This document shows, piece after piece, positions 39,898-49,887 of a stretch of DNA of 64,000 nt. Positions within the stretch are counted from its first letter, which is position 1; the number at the start of each line of letters is the position of its first letter. Made by a program: the position numbers and the translations under genes. The stretch lies in the NCBI GenBank assembly GCA_965223265.1, contig OZ244999.1, positions 3,392,001 through 3,456,000 of the forward strand, written 5' to 3'. The DNA is from Planctomycetota bacterium. Lineage in GTDB: Bacteria; Planctomycetota; UBA8108; SXIK01. The notes under the pieces were generated by a model. That model worked only from the letters and a program-made list of their open reading frames with translations. It was not told the origin of the DNA and did no database searches.

Positions 39898-40057
39898 CAG
39901 CCCGTTGAAAAAGTGCTTCGAGCCGAAAACTGGTCTCTTCGCGTCCAGATCGGCCGCGGTAAACGCAGGCAATCTTCGAGATTTTCGAGTATTGACGCGG
40001 TCGAGCTGGGCGTGAAGAGGCCAGTTTCCTCGGCCGAATGACTTTCTCAATGGGCTG
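39898..40057 (+). mobile_element. MITE family B, full copy
   Basis: TIRs CAGCCCGTTGAAAAAG and CTTTCTCAATGGGCTG, followed by CTAG. Sits between divergent genes, 22 bp before the iorA-like start. Confidence 0.88.
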
Positions 40058-40079
40058 CTAGCCCGAGTCAGGAGACAAC

Positions 40080-41699
40080 TTGCCTATTCAATCCCTCAGC
40101 GGTGATGCCGCATTCGCCCGGGGTGCGCTCGAGGCCGGCGTGGCTGTCGTCGCGAGTTATCCCGGATCTCCCAGCTCTGGGACCGTGCAGGAGCTCCTAC
40201 GCCTGACGGATCCCAGCGACGTGTACGTCGAATGGTCGACGAACGAAAAGGTCGCCTTCGAGCTGGCTCTCGGCGCATCCATCGCCGGTAGTCGGGCTCT
40301 TGTGTGTGTCAAAAGTGTCGGCATGAACGCGCTCGTCGACCCGCTCATGGTTGCCAACCTCACCGGTGTGCGCGGCGGCATGGTCGTTCTGCTCGGAGAC
40401 GATCCTGGCGCGTACGGATCGCAGAATGATCAGGACACACGCCCGCTGGCAGAGTTCGCGGAGTTGCCGCTCCTTGAACCGGCGACACCCCAGGCGGCGA
40501 AAGATCTCATGGTCACGGCCTTTGAGATTTCCGAACAACTTGAGACTCTCGTCATTCTTCGCGAGACACGAAGTTTCTCTCAGTGTGGCGCGGATGTGTC
40601 TGTTGCGGAGTTGCCGCAGCGCAAACCGCGTGTTGCATACCGCCGTGAAGCGTGTCGATATGTGCCGTTTCCGAAAAACGCCGTGAAGATGCATGCAGAT
40701 CTTCATGCCAAGGTGCAGCGTCTGCAGCAGTGGATGGAGACGATTTCGCAGAACGTCTCTTTCGGCACCGGTGCACGCGGCGTTGTCGCAGTCGGGTTCG
40801 CTGCGTCGAAGCTCGATGACGTGCTGGCGGACTTCAGTGGCGAACTGCGGCGGTTAAACCTTGCAAGCGTCTTCCCGCTGCCGCGTCAGCGCGTCGCAGG
40901 TTTTCTGCGCGAGTGCGACGAAGTCCTGGTGCTGGAAGAAAACGAACCATACGTCGAGACGCAGCTGAAAGCGATAGCCTACGACGCAGAGCTCCACGTC
41001 TCGATTCATGGCAAGACTAGCGGTCACGTGAGCAGAGAGGGGGAGCTCTTTCGCTGGCAGATCGAGGAGTCCCTGCGGCAGTTTCTCGGTGAGCACACTG
41101 CGCAGCCGCGATACAGTGCGGCAGATGAGGCCGCCGAGCTGCCGCGCCGACGCGACAACTGCGCGGGTTGCCCGTTTCGCGCCATCGTCGAGACGCTTCG
41201 TGAAGTCGCGGCCGAGCTTGACCTCGACCCGATGGTGGTCGGCGACCCCGGCTGCCTCGTGAAAGCGTCGGACCTTTTCGACGCCAAATTCGCCATGGGA
41301 TCGGCGGTCGCAGCAGCTCAAGGGTTCCTGCGCGGCGGAGTCGAGTCGCGGTCGATTGCTGTTTTCGGCGATTCCGCGTTCTTTCATACCTCGATTCCCG
41401 GGGTCATCAACGCGGTACAACACGGCGCCGAGATTCACATGCTCGTGCTCGACAACCGATCCACAGTGACGTCCGGGTTCCAGCCAAACCCTGGCAGCGC
41501 TGAGACGGCTCGGGGCGATCCAGCGCCACACATCAGTATCGAAGCGATTGCAGCCGCTTGTGGTGTGCCGAATGTCTTTTCTGTTGATCCCAGCGGCGAT
41601 CTTGCCAAGCTTCGCATCGCGTTTTTGGAATTCCTGCAGGCAGACGGGCCGGCACTGCTGGTCGTTCGGCAGCTCTGCGAGCGCCCGGAGGGGACTTAG
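40080..41699 (+). CDS. iorA: Indolepyruvate ferredoxin oxidoreductase alpha subunit-like TPP enzyme, lacking the C-terminal ferredoxin
   Basis: 'SYPGSPSS', 'EWSTNEKVAFE', 'KSVGMN', 'SQNDQDTR', 'CAGCP', 'GDPGC' and the TPP motif 'GDSAFFH...LDN'. Confidence 0.82.
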   Translation: MPIQSLSGDAAFARGALEAGVAVVASYPGSPSSGTVQELLRLTDPSDVYVEWSTNEKVAFELALGASIAGSRALVCVKSVGMNALVDPLMVANLTGVRGGMVVLLGDDPGAYGSQNDQDTRPLAEFAELPLLEPATPQAAKDLMVTAFEISEQLETLVILRETRSFSQCGADVSVAELPQRKPRVAYRREACRYVPFPKNAVKMHADLHAKVQRLQQWMETISQNVSFGTGARGVVAVGFAASKLDDVLADFSGELRRLNLASVFPLPRQRVAGFLRECDEVLVLEENEPYVETQLKAIAYDAELHVSIHGKTSGHVSREGELFRWQIEESLRQFLGEHTAQPRYSAADEAAELPRRRDNCAGCPFRAIVETLREVAAELDLDPMVVGDPGCLVKASDLFDAKFAMGSAVAAAQGFLRGGVESRSIAVFGDSAFFHTSIPGVINAVQHGAEIHMLVLDNRSTVTSGFQPNPGSAETARGDPAPHISIEAIAAACGVPNVFSVDPSGDLAKLRIAFLEFLQADGPALLVVRQLCERPEGT

Positions 41700-41952
41700 T
41701 GACGGTCGGCGACGGTTTCTCTCACGCGCTCCAGCGCTTCAATTGCGGCGACCTCTCAAACGACGACGGCGTGGAACTGGCGAAGCGGATTCACGCGAAT
41801 CCAGCCAGATCTGCTATGATATGAAGAGCCAGTTCTTGTTTCACTGGCAGAGAGAACCACGGCTATCTCGCCGCCGGTTGTCGAAAACTGCTGTCCTCGC
41901 GCCCTCTTGTGAATTCACGGCGTAGCGACCTTGCCGCTGATCGGCTGACCTC

Positions 41953-43182
41953 ATGAGCGATATCGTCCAACTGGGTGACTTCTCCCCGGACCACAATCAC
42001 CACACGGTGCATCGACAACGCTTCGACGTCCGCTTCTCGTATGACGTCCACTTCACTCGTGGGGTCTTTGATCCTCGCAATTCGCTTCTGCCCGACGTCA
42101 TGGAGTCTTGTGGCGAAAAGAAGCGCCATCGCTTACTCGTAGCGATCGATTCCGGAGTCGCTGCGGCACACCCTGAATTAGTCCGACAGATCAAAGACTA
42201 CGGCCATCGATACCAAGAGCGGATCGAACTGGTGTCAACACCGGAGATCGTCGCTGGCGGCGAAAGCGTCAAATCCGACTGGTCCCTCGTCGAAGACCTC
42301 ATGATCTCCCTCGGCAACCACCACATGGATCGACAGAGCTTCGTTCTCGCCATCGGGGGCGGTAGCGTGCTTGACATGGTTGGATTCGTCGCTGCGCTCG
42401 TGCATCGCGGCCTCCGATTGATTCGCATGCCGACCACGGTGCTCGCCCAAAACGACGCAGGCGTCGGCGTCAAGAACGGTATGAATGAACACGGGATGAA
42501 GAATTTTGTCGGAACATTTGCCCCACCCTTCGCGGTGATCAACGACTTTTCGTTCTTGCCGACGCTGACTGACGAGCATTGGCGTGGGGGCATAGCCGAG
42601 GCGTTCAAGGTCGCGTTGATCAAGGACGCCGAATTCTTCGATTTCCTCGTTCGCGAGTCCGAGGCGTTTCGCGCCCGCCGTCAAGGACCGATGGAGGAAC
42701 TGATTCGCCGCTGCGCGATCCTCCACCTGGAACACATCGCAAGCACCGGGGACCCGTTCGAGATGGGGACCGCTCGGCCTTTGGACTTCGGGCATTGGTC
42801 AGCACACAAGCTCGAAACCTTGTCGAACTACCGCATCAGTCACGGCGCGGCAGTCGCGGTGGGAGTGGCACTGGACTCCTACTATGCAATGAAGAAGGGA
42901 TTCATTACCTCGAGCGATTTCGGTCGCGTTCTCTCCGGACTCACGCAAAGCGGCCTTGCGGTGTGGTACCCAGAACTAGATCGACGCGATGCCAACGGAA
43001 CGCTTCAGATACTCGCCGGCCTCGAAGAGTTTCGCGAACACCTCGGCGGAACATTGACGGTGACGCTCCCTCGTCCGGTTGGCGAAAAGTGCGAGGTTCA
43101 CCACGTCAATGTGGACTGGGTCGAAGAAGGAATCGTGTATCTGCGCACATTTGAGAGAGACCGTCGTCAAACTGCGAACTGA
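41953..43182 (+). CDS. 3-dehydroquinate synthase-like sugar phosphate cyclase (EboD-type)
   Basis: 'AIGGGSVLD', 'PTTVLAQNDAGVGVKNG' and 'HLEHIASTGDPFEMGTARPLDFGHWSAHKLE'. Confidence 0.88.
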   Translation: MSDIVQLGDFSPDHNHHTVHRQRFDVRFSYDVHFTRGVFDPRNSLLPDVMESCGEKKRHRLLVAIDSGVAAAHPELVRQIKDYGHRYQERIELVSTPEIVAGGESVKSDWSLVEDLMISLGNHHMDRQSFVLAIGGGSVLDMVGFVAALVHRGLRLIRMPTTVLAQNDAGVGVKNGMNEHGMKNFVGTFAPPFAVINDFSFLPTLTDEHWRGGIAEAFKVALIKDAEFFDFLVRESEAFRARRQGPMEELIRRCAILHLEHIASTGDPFEMGTARPLDFGHWSAHKLETLSNYRISHGAAVAVGVALDSYYAMKKGFITSSDFGRVLSGLTQSGLAVWYPELDRRDANGTLQILAGLEEFREHLGGTLTVTLPRPVGEKCEVHHVNVDWVEEGIVYLRTFERDRRQTAN

Positions 43183-43360
43183 AACCGTCCTTGACGCGCT
43201 CGACTGGTGTCTCGAACCCGCGCAGCTGGAGATGGGTAGGAGCTTCGCTAAAAGGTCGATGGAGGGTCTTAGCGGGGTTCGCAACATCGCGAGACGAACG
43301 TGAATCCGGAGGTCGTGCCGTCGACTTCAAGGGCGCACGACGCCGACTGAGGAGGAGCGA

Positions 43361-44143
43361 ATGGGAGTTTTTGAGCGATTTCGACTCGACGGCAAACGCT
43401 TCCTGATCACCGGGGGCAGCCGTGGGCTCGGCAAAGAGATGGCTCTTGCCTTCGCCGAGGCTGGAGCTGACGGCGTACTCGTCGGCCGGGATCATGAGGC
43501 TCTTGAGACGACGGCGGACGCCCTGCGCGCGCTTGGCTGCGACGCCGCGATCGTGACCGCTGACGTTGGCGAACCACGCGAGTGTGAGGCGCTATGCGAA
43601 GAGATGGTGGAGAACCACCCACCGATCGACATCCTGGTCAACAACGTCGGCGGGCGCTGTATCGACGTCGCAACGGAGGATTTGCCGCTCGCGGAGTGGC
43701 AGAGAATCATAGACCTGAATCTTACGAGTACATTCATCTGCACGAAGGTCCTCGGTGGTGCTATGGTCCGGCGCGGAAACGGCGGACGTGTGATCAACAA
43801 CGCTTCCATCTCGGGCCTTATCGCCAACCGGGGAATCGGGGGGCGTTCCTACGAAACGTCAAAGGCGGCGGTGATCCAGTTTACGCGTGCCGTCGCCGTC
43901 GACTGGGCGCCTCACGGAGTCACCGTAAATGCGATCTGCCCAGGTGGGTTTCTGACCGCTCCGAATCGGCGCTGGGCACACGAAAAACCAGAAGTGATCG
44001 CGGAATTCGAAGCGCAAATCCCGATGGGCCGACTTGGCGAACCGCGGGATATCGGCCCGCTTGCCCTCTACTTGGCAAGCGACGCTTCAAGCTACGTGAC
44101 CGGTTCGAATTTCGTCATAGACGGTGGTTACACTGCGTGGTGA
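43361..44143 (+). CDS. Short-chain dehydrogenase/reductase
   Basis: 'TGGSRGLG', 'NNVG', YxxxK in 'YETSK' and 'IDGGYTAW'. GAGGAG RBS. Confidence 0.95.
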   Translation: MGVFERFRLDGKRFLITGGSRGLGKEMALAFAEAGADGVLVGRDHEALETTADALRALGCDAAIVTADVGEPRECEALCEEMVENHPPIDILVNNVGGRCIDVATEDLPLAEWQRIIDLNLTSTFICTKVLGGAMVRRGNGGRVINNASISGLIANRGIGGRSYETSKAAVIQFTRAVAVDWAPHGVTVNAICPGGFLTAPNRRWAHEKPEVIAEFEAQIPMGRLGEPRDIGPLALYLASDASSYVTGSNFVIDGGYTAW

Positions 44144-44405
44144 GGCTTGTAGCGTAGAAGCGGGGCTATGCAGCCGCGGCGATGTGTCTCACTCTCAGGC
44201 CGACGACGGGCAGGCTTCGTCGTCGGGGTGGGCCGGGGCCGCGCGGCTGGCGGTGGTGCGGCAGAGGTTTTCGGTCGACCAAGCAGATTCGTCGCGTCGT
44301 TGCCTTCCGAGAACGCGAGGCTCACTGCAAAAATCGGCGCACCGTCGTACTCTTTTTGGTCTTCGCTCGTGTCGTGTACGTTGCACGTGAAGATCTCAGT
44401 TTATT

Positions 44406-46370
44406 GTGACTAGTGCAGCAGTTGGAGCCATGGTAGGGACGACGACAACAGAGAGTACAGCGGCCAGCGCGGCTCAGAGCGAACGCTCTTTCGATTCCGA
44501 TCGCGAAGCGTCGGCGCCGGAACAAAAACGCTCCGTCGATCTGGAAAACGCCGGGCATGACGCCGCCTCGACTGCGACGAGCACGGCAAAAGAGGTCGAC
44601 CCCAGCGGCACAGCGAATCGTGCCTCGACTACCCACGGCGCGGCAGGCGAGACCGGAGTTGCCGCCGAATCCGTCAACACCGCGCAGCCTAACCACGTTG
44701 ACTCCGTCGCGAAAAAGCACGCTTGTGATTCCGAGACGACCGCTGTTCCTGAGTCATCACCGGTGTCGAAACGGCGAGCTTTTGAGGCCATTCGGGCGGT
44801 CGCTAGGCGCGCTCCACCGTGGTCTTCTGGTGTCCTGATCGTGGTCGTCGGAATGATTCTGGTTGGGGCTGTCGCCCTCCCGATCGGGCTTGTGGTCCGC
44901 GCGTTGGAGCCACCAAGTATCTTCGCGATGGTTCTTATCCTTCTGCTCGGAGGGTTTACTTTCGCTTCGAGTTTTCGCTGGTTTCGAGAGCTCTTGAACC
45001 ATCTTGTGAACTCCGACACGGTGGAGCAACGAGTCGGAGACGAAAGTGGGTCTCAGCAACCAGATTCACAGGAGATGAGTCGCCCGCTGGTTCAGACTTC
45101 GGAAACGCCGACTCGACCAAGTCAAGGCGGCCTAGGCGCAGGGGAGCTGTTGCAGGATACGATTGGCGAACTGTTTCGCCTGCAGACGACCGTCGAAACT
45201 GTGGAAAAGCGGCTGCGGAGCGACACTTTGCGTGAGATCTCCCGTGTGAGGACTCTCGTCGAAACTCTCGTCGAGCAGTCGACGGAACCACAAGCCGCGG
45301 CCGAAGTCGCGGGAACTGCGATCGGTAGCGAAATCGTAGCGGCGCAGAGAGATGCACTTGCCGCCTCGCAGGAGGAGAACGCGACGCTGCGAGAAAGCAT
45401 CCTCGAGCTCAAGGCGGAGATCGAAGCAAAGGACGAACAGATTCAGTGTCTTGAAGAGCAGTGTGCCGAGTGGTGGCAGGACCAAATCTTCCTTCTCGAG
45501 CATGGAGATGAAGCCAGCGGCGAGGTCGAAGCTGCCGAGGAGCCTTCGACGCTGACAGCTGAAGACGGACGTGACGCGGGGAGTTCAGCAGATGCATTTG
45601 AGACTTCCGCTGGGCTGGCGAACGATTTGCCGCCAAGCGCGAGCATCGAAGTTGAGGACGTCCGAATTCTGGCTCGCGTTGTTCCCCAGCTGAGAAGTCA
45701 TGTGCAATCGGTCTCACGTTGGGCCGCCGAGCACGAGGAGGATCGTACATCAGCGTCGGCGAAGAGCAGTGACGAACGCACCGAGCATCAGCGCAAAGCA
45801 ATGGAAGTGCGGACTCACCTGGTGGCACTCGAGTTGTTACTCAATCAGGTGGCGGACTACTCGAAACTACACTCACGCGCATGGCAAACGGTGTATTCGA
45901 AGGTGAAGATCCGCGAATTCGTCGACCGCTGCCTCAGCGATATCAAGTCCGTCATCGAACGGCATGGATTGAAGGTGCGCACCCACGTGCCGCGACGCTT
46001 ATGTGTAGAGACTGACCGGCGGCTCTTGGCTCGAATTCTTCGCGAGCTACTGACGAATGCGGTGAAGTATACGAGTCGCGGCGGTGAAGTCTCGATCGCG
46101 GCCGAGAAGTGGAAGAGCGATTCCGGTGTGAAAGGGATCCGTTTGACCGTACGCGACAACGGTCCCGGCATCGCGCCGAACGACTTCGATCGCGTCTTTG
46201 AACCCTTCGAACAGGGGAACCAACCACGCTTCGCCCTCAGTACGCTTGGCGTTGGCCTCGGGCTCACACTGGTCCGTGAGTGCGTCGACTACTTGGACGG
46301 AAGCATCACTGTCGAGAGCGATCCTGGGCTCGGCAGCGTCTTCACCGTCTTTGTGCCTGGTCATTCTTGA
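44406..46370 (+). CDS. Membrane-bound histidine kinase-like ATPase with an atypical H-box
   Basis: Two TM segments and a coiled coil. N-box 'ELLTNAVKYT', G1 'DNGPGI', F 'FEPF' and G2 'GVGLGL'. Confidence 0.82.
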   Translation: MTSAAVGAMVGTTTTESTAASAAQSERSFDSDREASAPEQKRSVDLENAGHDAASTATSTAKEVDPSGTANRASTTHGAAGETGVAAESVNTAQPNHVDSVAKKHACDSETTAVPESSPVSKRRAFEAIRAVARRAPPWSSGVLIVVVGMILVGAVALPIGLVVRALEPPSIFAMVLILLLGGFTFASSFRWFRELLNHLVNSDTVEQRVGDESGSQQPDSQEMSRPLVQTSETPTRPSQGGLGAGELLQDTIGELFRLQTTVETVEKRLRSDTLREISRVRTLVETLVEQSTEPQAAAEVAGTAIGSEIVAAQRDALAASQEENATLRESILELKAEIEAKDEQIQCLEEQCAEWWQDQIFLLEHGDEASGEVEAAEEPSTLTAEDGRDAGSSADAFETSAGLANDLPPSASIEVEDVRILARVVPQLRSHVQSVSRWAAEHEEDRTSASAKSSDERTEHQRKAMEVRTHLVALELLLNQVADYSKLHSRAWQTVYSKVKIREFVDRCLSDIKSVIERHGLKVRTHVPRRLCVETDRRLLARILRELLTNAVKYTSRGGEVSIAAEKWKSDSGVKGIRLTVRDNGPGIAPNDFDRVFEPFEQGNQPRFALSTLGVGLGLTLVRECVDYLDGSITVESDPGLGSVFTVFVPGHS

Positions 46371-49300
46371 CACCTGGCACGGTTGCCTCGATTCCCAAAC
46401 AGGAATGACCGCGTTCCATGAACGCCTGGATGAGCGGTTTCTCTGCGGCGGTCAGGTCATCGCAAGCGCGGATGCGCTGTAACCGAGCTTCCTCGGTTGG
46501 CTCCTCTTCGATGATGCGAGCTGCGATCGCTTCCGCGACGAGGTTCTGGTACCTCTGTGGTGTCCAAGTTCGCCTCGCACCCTCAAGCGTTCTAAACCAC
46601 ATGCGCACGGTGTTGTCGTCACCGGCTGAGATGATGCAGTTCTCGTCGCGCGTGATTGCGAGAGCGCTCACTCGGCTCGTGTGCTCCTCCAAGACCGCGA
46701 TGCGCTTCAGGGCCTTCATATCCCAGATCACGACCGTTCGGTCTTCGCTCGCTGACACTAGGCGCGTGCCGTCTGCAAGGTAGGCGATGGCGCGAACGTT
46801 GTAAACGTGCCCTCTGAGAATCTGAGGTGGGGCATCGGCTCGGGAGTTTGACAGCGCCCAAACGTAAATACTGCCGTTCGAACATCCGCAAGCAATCTGC
46901 TGCCCATCTTGACGTACGGCTAGCGCTCTGCCGTGCTCAGGCAACCCGTCGAGCGTCTGGATGAGTTCTCCTGTTCGAACATCCCAGAGCTTGACAGTCG
47001 GGTCGTCCGCACTCGAGGCGAGGATCGGACGCTGCGGAAGAAACACTGTCTGCAGGACAGTTTTCCGCGCGTAGTCTTTGAGGTTCCCATGCGGTTTTTG
47101 CCATTTGAGTTCGGGTTTGGGGCCGCGCATGTCGTAGACGCGGACGAAGCCGTCTTCACTACCAGCCGCCAAAAACCCGTCAGCACTCCACTCGATCGAG
47201 CGGATCGAACCCTTGAATCCACGGATCGTAGTGACGGATCCCGATCCCGAGACTGGCCAGATGTGAATCGTGCGCTTTTTGTCACCCGACGCGACAAATC
47301 GATTTGTCGGATCGAAGGCGACGGCCCAGACGTCGTCGGAATGGCCTTCGTAGACCTTCACCGTAGTGCCTGTCATGTCGCGGACAATCACTTGGCTGTT
47401 CTGGTCGCCGGCTGCGAAAAGAGTGTCATCCGAACTGATGTCGACACAGGTGACGAATCCGTCGTGCGAGCAGAGGGTCGAAACGCCCGCGGTGGTCAAT
47501 AGATCCCATTCCTTGACCATGCCGTCGACAGATGCCGAGTAGAAGCGCTCGCCCTTGATTCTGATCGATGAGACTCCTGCCTGGTGACCTGGGAGAATCG
47601 CGACCTGTCTCACCGCACGAACATCGATGACCGAAATCGTACCATCTTCGTTGGCTGCGAGAATTTGGCGATCACCCGCCATGAAGGTGACGCACCGAAC
47701 GCTGCGACGATTGATGATGACTCGCGAACGTTCATTAGTTCTTAGGTCAACGATTTCCACCGTTCCGAAGAGCGCGTCTTTCTGGTTCCGCGTGCCGGCA
47801 GCGAGAAGACGGCCATCACGCGAGATCGCGAGACTTAGCGGTCGGTCCTGCAACTGAATGGGGGCCTTCGGCTGCCGGTTGTGCGGATCCCATCGATAAA
47901 CTTTCCCCTTGTAGTGGCTGGCGTACAGCGTGCCGTCTGGGCCGTACAGCACGAAGTCGACGAGGCCGAATTCAACGGGGCGCACCTCTAATTGGGAAAG
48001 ATCTTTGAGATTCCAAATCCACACGTTGTCGGGGCCGGAGACCGCGACAGATTCGCTGTCGGGGCTGATGGCGATGCTGCGAGCGTTCGCTGGAATGCCG
48101 GTTTGAGGGTCCATCTTGTCACGAGCGGGTGAGACACGACGGACCGAATCGTCCGTGAAATCCCACACCAGCACACCGGAATCTGACGTCGCGGCAACGA
48201 CCTCCGTCGCGGTGCACGCGATGCGCATAGGATAGATTCCGCCATCCAAAGCGTGCACAATCGTGCGTTTGCTTTGAAGATCGGTAATGCGAATCGTGCC
48301 GTCTCGAGAGCTCGAAACGAGACGTCCGTCATCGAGAAACGCGATATCGGTGATCCCGTCTTCGTGACTGAGGACGTCGCCGAGCGAAAGATCGCAGCGC
48401 AATCGCAAGTGATCGTAGGCGAAGGAATCGTGGAAAGCGCTCGGCCAGCGCTGCAGGTCAAGGGCCGCCTCCGCGAAGTCACGATTGTTGATCTTTTGGC
48501 TGGCGCTACGGCCGACGGAATGGACGAGAATCCTCTCGGCTCGCTGCAGCGCCGAAAACGTCAGTGCGAAGGAAAGCGAGAGACCGATGATCACTAGGGC
48601 TGCCAGCAAAGCCGAGATCAAAACGATACGACGGTGCCGCACCATGAGGCGCGCACCGCGATCCCAGAGCGCCGGGCGCTGCGCGACGATCCGCCGTCCT
48701 CTGGAGAATCTCGTCAAATCCTGCGCCAGCTCAGCGCCGGTTTGATAGCGATCCTCAGGGTGCTTCTCCAGACATCTGTGGATGATCGTCTCAAGGTCGA
48801 CGTGGATCGCCGGATTGGTGCGTCTCGCCGGCGTTGGAGCTTTGTGAATGACGTTCAGTAGCGTCTGACGTTGTGTCTCTCCTCGGCATGGGCGCTCAAG
48901 CGTTAGGAGCTCGTAGAGTGTGGCGCCGAGACTGTAAATGTCCGTTCGGTGATCGATCGGCATCTCGCGAGGCGAAGCTTGCTCCGGACTCATGTAGGAG
49001 GGCGTGCCCACGATATCGCCGCTCATTGTCAGGCTAGTGACACCCTCGAGTCGTGCCAAGCCGAAGTCCAAAAGGCGAATCGCACGACTCGCATCGATCA
49101 CGAGGTTTGAAGGTTTGACGTCGCGGTGAATGACATTCATTGAATGGGCCGTGTCGAGGCCACTGGCGACGCCAGCGAAAAGTTCGGCGACGCACCGCTG
49201 CTCCGTGACCGAATCAACGCGAAGGAGATCGATCGCGGCGACGAGCTTCGCCGACGGCAAATCATCGTCTTCGGACAGGTTCTGCGAAGGCTTCGAATCC

Positions 49301-49887
49301 TTGGGAGGAGCCGAATCACATTCGAGCTTGGTTGACACTTGGGAGGGGTCGCGAACTTCTCTCACGTGAGAGATGACCTGAGCCAGCGTCACGCCATCGA
49401 CCAGTTCCATGGCGAAGTACGGACGGTCTTCATGGCGGCCGACATCGTAAACCGGCACGATGTTGTCGTGCTTCAGAGACGCGGCGACTTCAGCCTCCCG
49501 GAGAAATCGCTTGAACGCAACCTGATCGTCTGAAAGCGAGAAGGGCAGAATCTTGAGGGCTACTCGCCGCTTCTCAGAAGGCTGCCATGCCTCGTAGACG
49601 ATGCCCATTCCCCCTTGTCCAACGACACGGCGCAGTTCGTACTCGCCGATCATCGTTCTCTCTGAGAGCGGCTGAGAGTTGACGGGGATGCCGCGGAAGG
49701 TTTCTATTTCTAAGAGAATCCGTGCGGCAAATTGCGGGTACTGACTAATGACCTCAGCAGCACTGATCTGCTCGCCGAGAATAATCCGATCGATGTACTC
49801 CGCGACGGCGTCATTCAGCGCTGCGTCGTCGTCGATCGGTGTGTCGTCGGTGCGCCCGTCACCAGGGTCGCTGGTAGGATCTGCCAC
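46342..49887 (-). CDS. Serine/threonine protein kinase with a TM segment and WD40 repeats
   Basis: 'VGQGGMGIVY', 'VALK', 'IHRDVKPSN', 'DFGLA' and 'YMSPEQ', then many GH...WD repeats. GTG 49887 has a GGAGG RBS. Confidence 0.95.
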   Translation of the reverse strand: MADPTSDPGDGRTDDTPIDDDAALNDAVAEYIDRIILGEQISAAEVISQYPQFAARILLEIETFRGIPVNSQPLSERTMIGEYELRRVVGQGGMGIVYEAWQPSEKRRVALKILPFSLSDDQVAFKRFLREAEVAASLKHDNIVPVYDVGRHEDRPYFAMELVDGVTLAQVISHVREVRDPSQVSTKLECDSAPPKDSKPSQNLSEDDDLPSAKLVAAIDLLRVDSVTEQRCVAELFAGVASGLDTAHSMNVIHRDVKPSNLVIDASRAIRLLDFGLARLEGVTSLTMSGDIVGTPSYMSPEQASPREMPIDHRTDIYSLGATLYELLTLERPCRGETQRQTLLNVIHKAPTPARRTNPAIHVDLETIIHRCLEKHPEDRYQTGAELAQDLTRFSRGRRIVAQRPALWDRGARLMVRHRRIVLISALLAALVIIGLSLSFALTFSALQRAERILVHSVGRSASQKINNRDFAEAALDLQRWPSAFHDSFAYDHLRLRCDLSLGDVLSHEDGITDIAFLDDGRLVSSSRDGTIRITDLQSKRTIVHALDGGIYPMRIACTATEVVAATSDSGVLVWDFTDDSVRRVSPARDKMDPQTGIPANARSIAISPDSESVAVSGPDNVWIWNLKDLSQLEVRPVEFGLVDFVLYGPDGTLYASHYKGKVYRWDPHNRQPKAPIQLQDRPLSLAISRDGRLLAAGTRNQKDALFGTVEIVDLRTNERSRVIINRRSVRCVTFMAGDRQILAANEDGTISVIDVRAVRQVAILPGHQAGVSSIRIKGERFYSASVDGMVKEWDLLTTAGVSTLCSHDGFVTCVDISSDDTLFAAGDQNSQVIVRDMTGTTVKVYEGHSDDVWAVAFDPTNRFVASGDKKRTIHIWPVSGSGSVTTIRGFKGSIRSIEWSADGFLAAGSEDGFVRVYDMRGPKPELKWQKPHGNLKDYARKTVLQTVFLPQRPILASSADDPTVKLWDVRTGELIQTLDGLPEHGRALAVRQDGQQIACGCSNGSIYVWALSNSRADAPPQILRGHVYNVRAIAYLADGTRLVSASEDRTVVIWDMKALKRIAVLEEHTSRVSALAITRDENCIISAGDDNTVRMWFRTLEGARRTWTPQRYQNLVAEAIAARIIEEEPTEEARLQRIRACDDLTAAEKPLIQAFMERGHSCLGIEATVPGVKNDQAQRR

